Source of the DNA: the human T2T-CHM13v2.0 reference genome, Homo sapiens
Length of the DNA: 64,000 nucleotides
Direction: 5' to 3' (one strand)
NCBI RefSeq assembly: GCF_009914755.1
Contig: NC_060933.1
Positions 1-11,300 of the stretch are shown here, in pieces. Under the pieces are notes generated by a model. The model was given only the letters and a program-made list of their open reading frames with translations, ran no database searches and was not told the DNA's origin. A program made the position numbers and the translations under genes. Numbering within the stretch: the first letter of the stretch is position 1; each line of letters begins with the position of its first letter.

Positions 1-499
1 TCTTTGTGATGTTTGCATTCAAGTCACAGAACTGAACATTCCCTGTCATAGAGCATGTTTGAAACACTCTTTCTGTAGTATCTGCAAGCGGACGTTTCAA
101 GCGCTTTCAGGCCTATGGTGAGAAAGGAAATATCTTCAAGTAAAAACTAGACAGAAGCATTCTCAGAAACTTATTTGCCATGTGTGTTCTCAACTAACAG
201 AGTTGAACCTTTGTTTTGATACGGCATTTTGGAAACACTCTTTTTGTAGAATCTGCAGGTGGATATTCGGACAGCTTTGAAGGTTTCGTTGGAAACGGGA
301 ATATCTTCATATAAAATCTAGACGGAAGCATTCTCAGAAACTGCTTTGTGATGTTTCCATTGAAGTCAGAGAGTAGAATGTTCCCTTTTATATACCACGT
401 TTGAGACACTCTTTCTGCGCTATCTGGAAGTGGACATTTTGAGCGCTTTGAGGCCTATGATGAAAAAGGAAATATCTTCCCATAAAAACTAGACAGAAG

Positions 500-1691
500 C
501 ATTCTCAGAAACTTGTTTGTGATGTGTGTATTCAACTAACAGAGATGAACCTTTCTTTTTACAGAGCAGTTTTGAAACACTCTTTTTGTGGAATCTGAAA
601 GTGGATATTTGGATAGCTTTGAGGATTTCGTTGAAAACGGGATTACATATAAAATCTAGAGAGAAGCATTCTCAGGAACTTCTTTGTGATGTTTGCATTC
701 AAGTCACAGAACTGAACATTCCCTTTCATAGAGCATGTTTGAAACACTCTTTCTGTAGTATCTGCAAACGGACATTTCAAGCGCTTTCAGGCCTATGGTA
801 AGAAAGGAAATATCTTCAAATAAAAACTAGACAGAAGCATTCTCAGAAACTTATTTGCGATGTGTGTCCTCAACTAACAGAGTTGAACCTTTGTTTTGAT
901 ACAACATTTTGGAAACACTCTTTTTGTAGAATCTGCAAGTGGATATTTGGATAGCTTTGAAGGTTTCGTTGGAAACGGGAATATCTTCATATAAAATCAA
1001 GACAGAAGGATTCTCAGAAACTTCTCTGTGATGTTTGCATTCAACTCATAGAGTTGAACACTTCCCTTCATAGAGCAGGTTTGAAACACTCTTTTTGTAA
1101 TATTTGGAAGTGGACATTTGCAGCGCTTTGAGGCCTATGTTGAAAAAGGAAATATCTTCTCCTAAAAACCAGACAGAAGTATTCTCAGAAACTTCCTTGT
1201 GATGTGTGTACTCAAGTAACAGAGTTGAACCTTCCTTTTGACAGAGCCGTTTTGAAACAGTCTTTTTGTAGAATCTGGAAGTAGATATTTGGATACCTTT
1301 GAGGATTTCTTTGGAAACGGGATATCTTCATATAAAATCTAGACAGAAGCATTCTCAGAAACTTCTTTGTGCTGTATGTCCTCAATGAACAGAGTTGAAC
1401 CTTTGTGTGGATACAGCATTTTGGAAACATTCCTTTAGTAGAATCTGCAAGTTGATATTTAGATAGCTAGGAAGATTTCCTTGGAAACGGGAATATCTTC
1501 ATATAAAATCTAGACGGAAGCATTCTCAGAAAGTGCTTTGTGATGTTTGCATTCAAGTCACAGAGTTGAATATTCCCTTTTTTAGAGCAGGTTTGAAACA
1601 CTCTTTCTGCACTACCTGGAAGTGGACATTTGGAGCGCTTTGAGGCCTATGTTGAAAAAGGAAATATCTTCCCATAAAAACTAGACAGAAG
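500..1691 (+). repeat. Example 7-mer subunit abcdefg (1192 bp)
   Basis: Monomer starts at 500, 667, 838, 1009, 1180, 1350, 1521; next unit at 1692. Confidence 0.95.
1306..1493 (+). promoter_or_regulatory. Two degenerate CENP-B boxes in adjacent monomers e and f (example; present in every 7-mer)
   Basis: e has TTTCTTTGGAAACGGGA (1306) and f has TTTCCTTGGAAACGGGA (1477). Both lack the G of the core TTCG. Confidence 0.9.
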
Positions 1692-2371
1692 CATTCTCAG
1701 AAACTTGTTTGTGATGTGTGTATTCAACTAACAGAGATGAACCTTTCTTTTTACAGAGCAGTTTTGAAACACTCTTTTTGTGGAATCTGAAAGTGGATAT
1801 TTGGATAGCTTTGAGGATTTCGTTGGAAACGGGATTACATATAAAATCTAGAGAGAAGCATTCTCAGGAACTTCTTTGTGATGTTTGCATTCAAGTCACA
1901 GAACTGAACATTCCCTTTCATAGAGCATGTTTGAAACACTCTTTCTGTAGTATCTGCAAGCGGACGTTTCAAGCGCTTTCAGGCCTATGGTGAGAAAGGA
2001 AATATCTTCAAGTAAAAACTAGACAGAAGCATTCTCAGAAACTTATTTGCCATGTGTGTTCTCAACTAACAGAGTTGAACCTTTGTTTTGATACGGCATT
2101 TTGGAAACACTCTTTTTGTAGAATCTGCAGGTGGATATTCGGATAGCTTTGAAGGTTTCGTTGGAAACGGGAGTATCTTCATATAAAATCTAGACGGAAG
2201 CATTCTCAGAAACAGCTTTGTGATGTTTTCATTCAAGTCACAGAGTACAATGTTCTCTTTTATATTCCAGGTTTGAGACACTCTTTCTGCACTATCTGGA
2301 AGTGGACATTTGGAGCGCTTTGAGGCCTATGATGAAAAAGGAAATATCTTCCCATAAAAACTAGACAGAAG
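1692..2371 (+). repeat. Example 4-mer subunit a'b'c'g' (680 bp)
   Basis: a' is essentially identical to a. b' and c' differ from b and c at a few diagnostic sites (GCGGACGT vs ACGGACAT; GCCATG vs GCGATG). The fourth monomer resembles g. Confidence 0.93.
1818..1834 (+). promoter_or_regulatory. CENP-B box (example; intact in monomers a', c', a and c, i.e. 4 per canonical HOR)
   Basis: TTTCGTTGGAAACGGGA matches the 17-bp CENP-B box, including the core NTTCGNNNNANNCGGGN. Confidence 0.95.
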
Positions 2372-5300
2372 CATTCTCAGAAACTTGTTTGTGATGTGTG
2401 TATTCAACTAACAGAGATGAACCTTTCTTTTTACAGAGCAGTTTTGAAACACTCTTTTTGTGGAATCTGAAAGTGGATATTTGGATAGCTTTGAGGATTT
2501 CGTTGGAAACGGGATTACATATAAAATCTAGAGAGAAGCATTCTCAGGAACTTCTTTGTGATGTTTGCATTCACGTCACAGAACTGAACATTCCCTTTCA
2601 TAGAGCATGTTTGAAACACTCTTTCTGTAGTATCTGCAAACGGACATTTCAAGCGCTTTCAGGCCTATGGTAAGAAAGGAAATATCTTCAAATAAAAACT
2701 AGACAGAAGCATTCTCAGAAACTTATTTGCGATGTGTGTCCTCAACTAACAGAGTTGAACCTTTGTTTTGATACAACATTTTGGAAACACTCTTTTTGTA
2801 GAATCTGCAAGTGGATATTTGGATAGCTTTGTAGGTTTCGTTGGAAACGGGAATATCTTCATATAAAATCAAGACAGAAGCATTCTCAGAAACTTCTCTG
2901 TGATGTTTGCATTCAACTCATAGAGTTGAACACTTCCCTTCATAGAGCAGGTTTGAAACACTCTTTTTGTAATATTTGGAAGTGGACATTTGCAGCGCTT
3001 TGAGGCCTATGTTGAAAAAGGAAATATCTTCTCCTAAAAACCAGACAGAAGCATTCTCAGAAACTTCCTTGTGATGTGTGTACTCAAGTAACACAGTTGA
3101 ACCTTCCTTTTGACAGAGCCGTTTTGAAACAGTCTTTTTGTAGAATCTGGAAGTAGATATTTGGATACCTTTGAGGATTTCTTTGGAAACGGGATATCTT
3201 CATATAAAATCTAGACAGAAGCATTCTCAGAAACTTCTTTGTGCTGTATTTCCTCAATTAACAGAGTTGAACCTTTGTGTGGATACAGCATTTTGGAAAC
3301 ATTCCTTTAGTAGAATCTGCAAGTTGATATTTAGATAGCTAGGAAGATTTCCTTGGAAACGGGAATATCTTCATATAAAATCTAGACGGAAGCATTCTCA
3401 GAAAGTGCTTTGTGATGTTTGCATTCAAGTCACAGAGTTGAATATTCCCTTTTATAGAGCAGGTTTGAAACACTCTTTCTGCACTACCTGGAAGTGGACA
3501 TTTGGAGCGCTTTGAGGCCTATGTTGAAAAAGGAAATATCTTCCCATAAAAACTAGACAGAAGCATTCTCAGAAACTTGTTTGTGATGTGTGTATTCAAC
3601 TAACAGAGATGAACCTTTCTTTTTACAGAGCAGTTTTGAAACACTCTTTTTGTGGAATCTGAAAGTGGATATTTGGATAGCTTTGAGGATTTCGTTGGAA
3701 ACGGGATTACATATAAAATCTAGAGAGAAGCATTCTCAGGAACTTCTTTGTGATGTTTGCATTCAAGTCACAGAACTGAACATTCCCTGTCATAGAGCAT
3801 GTTTGAAACACTCTTTCTGTAGTATCTGCAAGCGGACGTTTCAAGCGCTTTCAGGCCTATGGTGAGAAAGGAAATATCTTCAAGTAAAAACTAGACAGAA
3901 GCATTCTCAGAAACTTATTTGCCATGTGTGTTCTCAACTAACAGAGTTGAACCTTTGTTTTGATACGGCATTTTGGAAACACTCTTTTTGTAGAATCTGC
4001 AGGTGGATATTCGGATAGCTTTGAAGGTTTTGTTGGAAACGGGAATATCTTCATATAAAATCTAGACGGAAGCATTCTCAGAAACTGCTTTGTGATGTTT
4101 CCATTGAAGTCACAGAGTAGAATGTTCCCTTTTATATACCAGGTTTGAGACACTCTTTCTGCGCTATCTGGAAGTGGACATTTGGAGCGCTTTGAGGCCT
4201 ATGATGAAAAAGGAAATATCTTCCCATAAAAACTAGACAGAAGCATTCTCAGAAACTTGTTTGTGATGTGTGTATTCAACTAACAGAGATGAACCTTTCT
4301 TTTTACAGAGCAGTTTTGAAACACTCTTTTTGTGGAATCTGAAAGTGGATATTTGGATAGCTTTGAGGATTTCGTTGGAAACGGGATTACATATAAAATC
4401 TAGAGAGAAGCATTCTCAGGAACTTCTTTGTGATGTTTGCATTCACGTCACAGAACTGAACATTCCCTTTCATAGATCATGTTTGAAACACTCTTTCTGT
4501 AGTATCTGCAAACGGACATTTCAAGCGCTTTCAGGCCTATGGTAAGAAAGGAAATATCTTCAAATAAAAACTAGACAGAAGCATTCTCAGAAACTTATTT
4601 GCGATGTGTGTCCTCAACTGACAGAGTTGAACCTTTGTTTTGATACAACATTTTGGAAACACTCTTTTTGTAGAATCTGCAAGTGGATATTTGGATAGCT
4701 TTGAAGGTTTCGTTGGAAACGGGAATATCTTCATATAAAATCAAGACAGAAGCATTCTCAGAAACTTCTCTGTGATGTTTGCATTCAACTCATAGAGTTG
4801 AACACTTCCCTTCATAGAGCAGGTTTGAAACACTCTTTTTGTAATATTTGGAAGTGGACATTTGCAGCGCTTTGAGGCCTATGTTGAAAAAGGAAATATC
4901 TTCTCCTAAAAACCAGACAGAAGCATTCTCAGAAACTTCCTTGTGATGTGTGTACTCAAGTAACAGAGTTGAACCTTACTTTTGACAGAGCCGTTTTGAA
5001 ACAGTCTTTTTGTAGAATCTGGAAGTAGATATTTGGATACCTTTGAGGATTTCTTTGGAAACGGGATATCTTCATATAAAATCTAGACAGAAGCATTCTC
5101 AGAAACTTCTTTGTGCTGTATGTCATCAATTAACAGAGTTGAACCTTTGTGTGGATACAGCATTTTGGAAACATTCCTTTAGTAGAATATGCAAGTTGAT
5201 ATTTAGATAGCTAGGAAGATTTCCTTGGAAACGGGAATATCTTCATATAAAATCTAGACGGAAGCATTCTCAGAAAGTGCTTTGTGATGTTTGCATTCAA

Positions 5301-8300
5301 GTCACAGAGTTGAATATTCCCTTTTATAGAGCAGGTTTGAAACACTCTTTCTGCACTACCTGGAAGTGGACATTTGGAGCGCTTTGAGGCCTATGTTGAA
5401 AAAGGAAATATCTTCCCATAAAAACTAGACAGAAGCATTCTCAGAAACTTGTTTGTGATGTGTGTATTCAACTAACAGAGATGAACCTTTCTTTTTACAG
5501 AGCAGTTTTGAAACACTCTTTTTGTGGAATCTGAAAGTGGATATTTGGATAGCTTTGAGGATTTCGTTGGAAACGGGATTACATATAAAATCTAGAGAGA
5601 AGCATTCTCAGGAACTTCTTTGTGATGTTTGCATTCAAGTCACAGAACTGAACATTCCCTTTCATAGAGCATGTTTGAAACACTCTTTCTGTAGTATCTG
5701 CAAGCGGACGTTTCAAGCGCTTTCAGGCCTATGGTGAGAAAGGAAATATCTTCAAGTAAAAACTAGACAGAAGCATTCTCAGAAACTTATTTGCCATGTG
5801 TGTTCTCAACTAACAGAGTTGAACCTTTGTTTTGATACGGCATTTTGGAAACACTCTTTTTGTAGAATCTGCAGGTGGATATTCGGATAGCTTTGAAGGT
5901 TTCGTTGGAAACGGGAATATCTTCATATAAAATCTAGACGGAAGCATTCTCAGAAACTGCTTTGTGATGTTTTCATTCAAGTCACAGAGTAGAATGTTCC
6001 CTTTTATATACCAGGTTTGAGACACTCTTTCTGCACTATCTGGAAGTGGACATTTGGAGCGCTTTGAGGCCTATGATGAAAAAGGAAATATCTTCCCATA
6101 AAAACTAGACAGAAGCATTCTCAGAAACTTGTTTGTGATGTGTGTATTCAACTAACAGAGATGAACCTTTCTTTTTACAGAGCAGTTTTGAAACACTCTT
6201 TTTGTGGAATCTGAAAGTGGATATTTGGATAGCTTTGAGGATTTCGTTGGAAACGGGATTACATATAAAATCTAGAGAGAAGCATTCTCAGGAACTTCTT
6301 TGTGATGTTTGCATTCACGTCACAGAACTGAACATTCCCTTTCATAGAGCATGTTTGAAACACTCTTTCTGTAGTATCTGCAAACGGACATTTCAAGCGC
6401 TTTCAGGCCTATGGTAAGAAAGGAAATATCTTCAAATAAAAACTAGACAGAAGCATTCTCAGAAACTTATTTGCGATGTGTGTCCTCAACTAACAGAGTT
6501 GAACCTTTGTTTTGATACAACATTTTGGAAACACTCTTTTTGTAGAATCTGCAAGTGGATATTTGGATAGCTTTGAAGGTTTCGTTGGAAACGGGAATAT
6601 CTTCATATAAAATCAAGACAGAAGCATTCTCAGAAACTTCTCTGTGATGTTTGCATTCAACTCATAGAGTTGAACACTTCCCTTCATAGAGCAGGTTTGA
6701 AACACTCTTTTTGTAATATTTGGAAGTGGACATTTGCAGCGCTTTGAGGCCTATGTTGAAAAAGGAAATATCTTCTCCTAAAAACCAGACAGAAGCATTC
6801 TCAGAAACTTCCTTGTGATGTGTGTACTCAAGTAACACAGTTGAACCTCACTTTTGACAGAGCCGTTTTGAAACAGTCTTTTTGTAGAATCTGGAAGTAG
6901 ATATTTGGATACCTTTGAGGATTTCTTTGGAAACGGGATATCTTCATATAAAATCTAGACAGAAGCATTCTCAGAAACTTCTTTGTGCTGTATGTCCTCA
7001 ATTAACAGAGTTGAAGCTCTGTGTGGATACAGCATTTTGGAAACATTCCTTTAGTAGAATCTGCAAGTTGATATTTAGATAGCTAGGAAGATTTCCTTGG
7101 AAACGGGAATATCTTCATATAAAATCTAGACGGAAGCATTCTCAGAAAGTGCTTTGTGATGTTTGCATTCAAGTCACACAGTTGAATATTCCCTTTTATA
7201 GAGCAGGTTTGAAACACTCTTTCTGCACTACCTGGAAGTGGACATTTGGAGCGCTTTGAGGCCTATGTTGAAAAAGGAAATATCTTCCCATAAAAACTAG
7301 ACAGAAGCATTCTCAGAAACTTGTTTGTGATGTGTGTATTCAACTAACAGAGATGAACCTTTCTTTTTACAGAGCAGTTTTGAAACACTCTTTTTGTGGA
7401 ATCTGAAAGTGGATATTTGGATAGCTTTGAGGATTTCGTTGGAAACGGGATTACATATAAAATCTAGAGAGAAGCATTCTCAGGAACTTCTTTGTGATGT
7501 TTGCATTCAAGTCACAGAACTGAACATTCCCTGTCATAGAGCATGTTTGAAACACTCTTTCTGTAGTATCTGCAAGCGGACGTTTCAAGCGCTTTCAGGC
7601 CTATGGAGAGAAAGGAAATATCTTCAAGTAAAAACTAGACAGAAGCATTCTCAGAAACTTATTTGCCATGTGTGTTCTCAACTAACAGAGTTGAACCTTT
7701 GTTTTGATACGGCATTTTGGAAACACTCTTTTTGTAGAATCTGCAGGTGGATATTCGGATAGCTTTGAAGGTTTCGTTGGAAACGGGAATATCTTCATAT
7801 AAAATCTAGACGGAAGCATTCTCAGAAACTGCTTTGTGATGTTTCCATTGAAGTCACAGAGTAGAATGTTCCCTTTTATATACCACGTTTGAGACACTCT
7901 TTCTGCGCTATCTAGAAGTGGACATTTGGAGCGCTTTGAGGCCTTTGATGAAAAAGGAAATATCTTCCCATAAAAACTAGACAGAAGCATTCTCAGAAAC
8001 TTGTTTGTGATGTGTGTATTCAACTAACAGAGATGAACCTTTCTTTTTACAGAGCAGTTTTGAAACACTCTTTTTGTGGAATCTGAAAGTGGATATTTGG
8101 ATAGCTTTGAGGATTTCGTTGAAAACGGGATTACATATAAAATCTAGAGAGAAGCATTCTCAGGAACTTCTTTGTGATGTTTGCATTCAAGTCACAGAAC
8201 TGAACATTCCCTTTCATAGAGCAGGTTTGAAACACTCTTTCTGTAGTATCTGCAAACGGACATTTCAAGCGCTTTCAGGCCTATGGTAAGAAAGGAAATA

Positions 8301-11300
8301 TCTTCAAATAAAAACTAGACAGAAGCATTCTCAGAAACTTATTTGCGATGTGTGTCCTCAACTAACAGAGTTGAACCTTTGTTTTGATACAACATTTTGG
8401 AAACACTCTTTTTGTAGAATCTGCAAGTGGATATTTGGATAGCTTTGAAGGTTTCGTTGGAAACGGGAATATCTTCATATAAAATCAAGACAGAAGCATT
8501 CTCAGAAACTTCTCTGTGATGTTTGCATTCAACTCATAGAGTTGAACACTTCCCTTCATAGAGCAGGTTTGAAACACTCTTTTTGTAATATTTGGAAGTG
8601 GACATTTGCAGCGCTTTGAGGCCTATGTTGAAAAAGGAAATATCTTCTCCTAAAAACCAGACAGAAGCATTCTCAGAAACTTCCTTGTGATGTGTGTACT
8701 CAAGTAACAGAGTTGAACCTTCCTTTTGACAGAGCCGTTTTGAAACAGTCTTTTTGTAGAATCTGGAAGTAGATATTTGGATACCTTTGAGGATTTCTTT
8801 GGAAACGGGATATCTTCATATAAAATCTAGACAGAAGCATTCTCAGAAACTTCTTTGTGCTGTATGTCCTCAATGAACAGAGTTGAACCTTTGTGTGGAT
8901 ACAGCATTTTGGAAACATTCCTTTAGTAGAATCTGCAAGTTGATATTTAGATAGCTAGGAAGATTTCCTTGGAAACGGGAATATCTTCATATAAAATCTA
9001 GCCGGAAGCATTCTCAGAAAGTGCTTTGTGATGTTTGCATTCAAGTCACAGAGTTGAATATTCCCTTTTATAGAGCAGGTTTGAAACACTCTTTCTGCAC
9101 TACCTGGAAGTGGACATTTGGAGCGCTTTGAGGCCTATGTTGAAAAAGGAAATATCTTCCCATAAAAACTAGACAGAAGCATTCTCAGAAACTTGTTTGT
9201 GATGTGTGTATTCAACTAACAGAGATGAACCTTTCTTTTTACAGAGCAGTTTTGAAACACTCTTTTTGTGGAATCTGAAAGTGGATATTTGGATAGCTTT
9301 GAGGATTTCGTTGGAAACGGGATTCCATATAAAATCTAGAGAGAAGCATTCTCAGGAACTTCTTTGTGATGTTTGCATTCAAGTCACAGAACTTAACATT
9401 CCCTGTCATAGAGCATGTTTGAAACACTCTTTCTGTAGTATCTGCAAGCGGACGTTTCAAGCGCTTTCAGGCCTATGGTGAGAAAGGAAATATCTTCAAG
9501 TAAAAACTAGACAGAAGCATTCTCAGAAACTTATTTGCCATGTGTGTTCTCAACTAACAGAGTTGAACCTTTGTTTTGATACGGCATTTTGGAAACACTC
9601 TTTTTGTAGAATCTGCAGGTGGATATTCGGACAGCTTTGAAGGTTTCGTTGGAAACGGGAATATCTTCATATAAAATCTAGACGGAAGCATTCTCAGAAA
9701 CTGCTTTGTGATGTTTCCATTGAAGTCAGAGAGTAGAATGTTCCCTTTTATATACCACGTTTGAGACACTCTTTCTGCGCTATCTGGAAGTGGACATTTG
9801 GAGCGCTTTGAGGCCTATGATGAAAAAGGAAATATCTTCCCATAAAAACTAGACAGAAGCATTCTCAGAAACTTGTTTGTGATGTGTGTATTCAACTAAC
9901 AGAGATGAACCTTTCTTTTTACAGAGCAGTTTTGAAACACTCTTTTTGTGGAATCTGAAAGTGGATATTTGGATAGCTTTGAGGATTTCGTTGAAAGCGG
10001 GATTACATATAAAATCTAGAGAGAAGCATTCTCAGGAACTTCTTTGTGATGTTTGCATTCAAGTCACAGAACTGAACATTCCCTTTCATAGAGCATGTTT
10101 GAAACACTCTTTCTGTAGTATCTGCAAACGGACATTTCAAGCGCTTTCAGGACTATGGTAAGAAAGGAAATATCTTCAAATAAAAACTAGACAGAAGCAT
10201 TCTCAGAAACTTATTTGCGATGTGTGTCCTCAACTAACAGAGTTGAACCTTTGTTTTGATACAACATTTTGGAAACACTCTTTTTGTAGAATCTGCAAGT
10301 GGATATTTGGATAGCTTTGAAGGTTTCGTTGGAAACGGGAATATCTTCATATAAAATCAAGACAGAAGGATTCTCAGAAACTTCTCTGTGATGTTTGCAT
10401 TCAACTCATAGAGTTGAACACTTCCCTTCATAGAGCAGGTTTGAAACACTCTTTTTGTAATATTTGGAAGTGGACATTTGCAGCGCTTTGAGGCCTATGT
10501 TGAAAAAGGAAATATCTTCTCCTAAAAACCAGACAGAAGTATTCTCAGAAACTTCCTTGTGATGTGTGTACTCAAGTAACAGAGTTGAACCTTCCTTTTG
10601 ACAGAGCCGTTTTGAAACAGTCTTTTTGTAGAATCTGGAAGTAGATATTTGGATACCTTTGAGGATTTCTTTGGAAACGGGATATCTTCATATAAAATCT
10701 AGACAGAAGCATTCTCAGAAACTTCTTTGTGCTGTATGTCCTCAATGAACAGAGTTGAACCTTTGTGTGGATACAGCATTTTGGAAACATTCCTTTAGTA
10801 GAATCTGCAAGTTGATATTTAGATAGCTAGGAAGATTTCCTTGGAAACGGGAATATCTTCATATAAAATCTAGACGGAAGCATTCTCAGAAAGTGCTTTG
10901 TGATGTTTGCATTCAAGTCACAGAGTTGAATATTCCCTTTTATAGAGCAGGTTTGAAACACTCTTTCTGCACTACCTGGAAGTGGACATTTGGAGCGCTT
11001 TGAGGCCTATGTTGAAAAAGGAAATATCTTCCCATAAAAACTAGACAGAAGCATTCTCAGAAACTTGTTTGTGATGTGTGTATTCAACTAACAGAGATGA
11101 ACCTTTCTTTTTACAGAGCAGTTTTGAAACACTCTTTTTGTGGAATCTGAAAGTGGATATTTGGATAGCTTTGAGGATTTCGTTGGAAACGGGATTCCAT
11201 ATAAAATCTAGAGAGAAGCATTCTCAGGAACTTCTTTGTGATGTTTGCATTCAAGTCACAGAACTTAACATTCCCTGTCATAGAGCATGTTTGAAACACT

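Noticed and set aside
99-114. Short palindromes (AAGCGCTT, AGGCCT, TCTAGA) as hairpins or terminators
   Set aside because: 6-8 bp dyads are ordinary in alpha satellite and too short to support a structural claim without folding analysis.
626-642. TTTCGTTGAAAACGGGA as a CENP-B box knockout
   Set aside because: The change is at non-core position 9; the 9-nt core is intact.
4028-4044. Isolated box losses at 4028 (TTTTG) and 60701 (AAACAGG)
   Set aside because: Single CpG transitions, as expected from 5mC deamination, and not propagated to other copies.
7334-7762. Longest ORF (142 aa), with Cys/His spacing vaguely like a zinc finger
   Set aside because: A single TGA>AGA change extends the frame. 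The C/H pattern reflects TGTG/CAT satellite motifs and has no C2H2 consensus.
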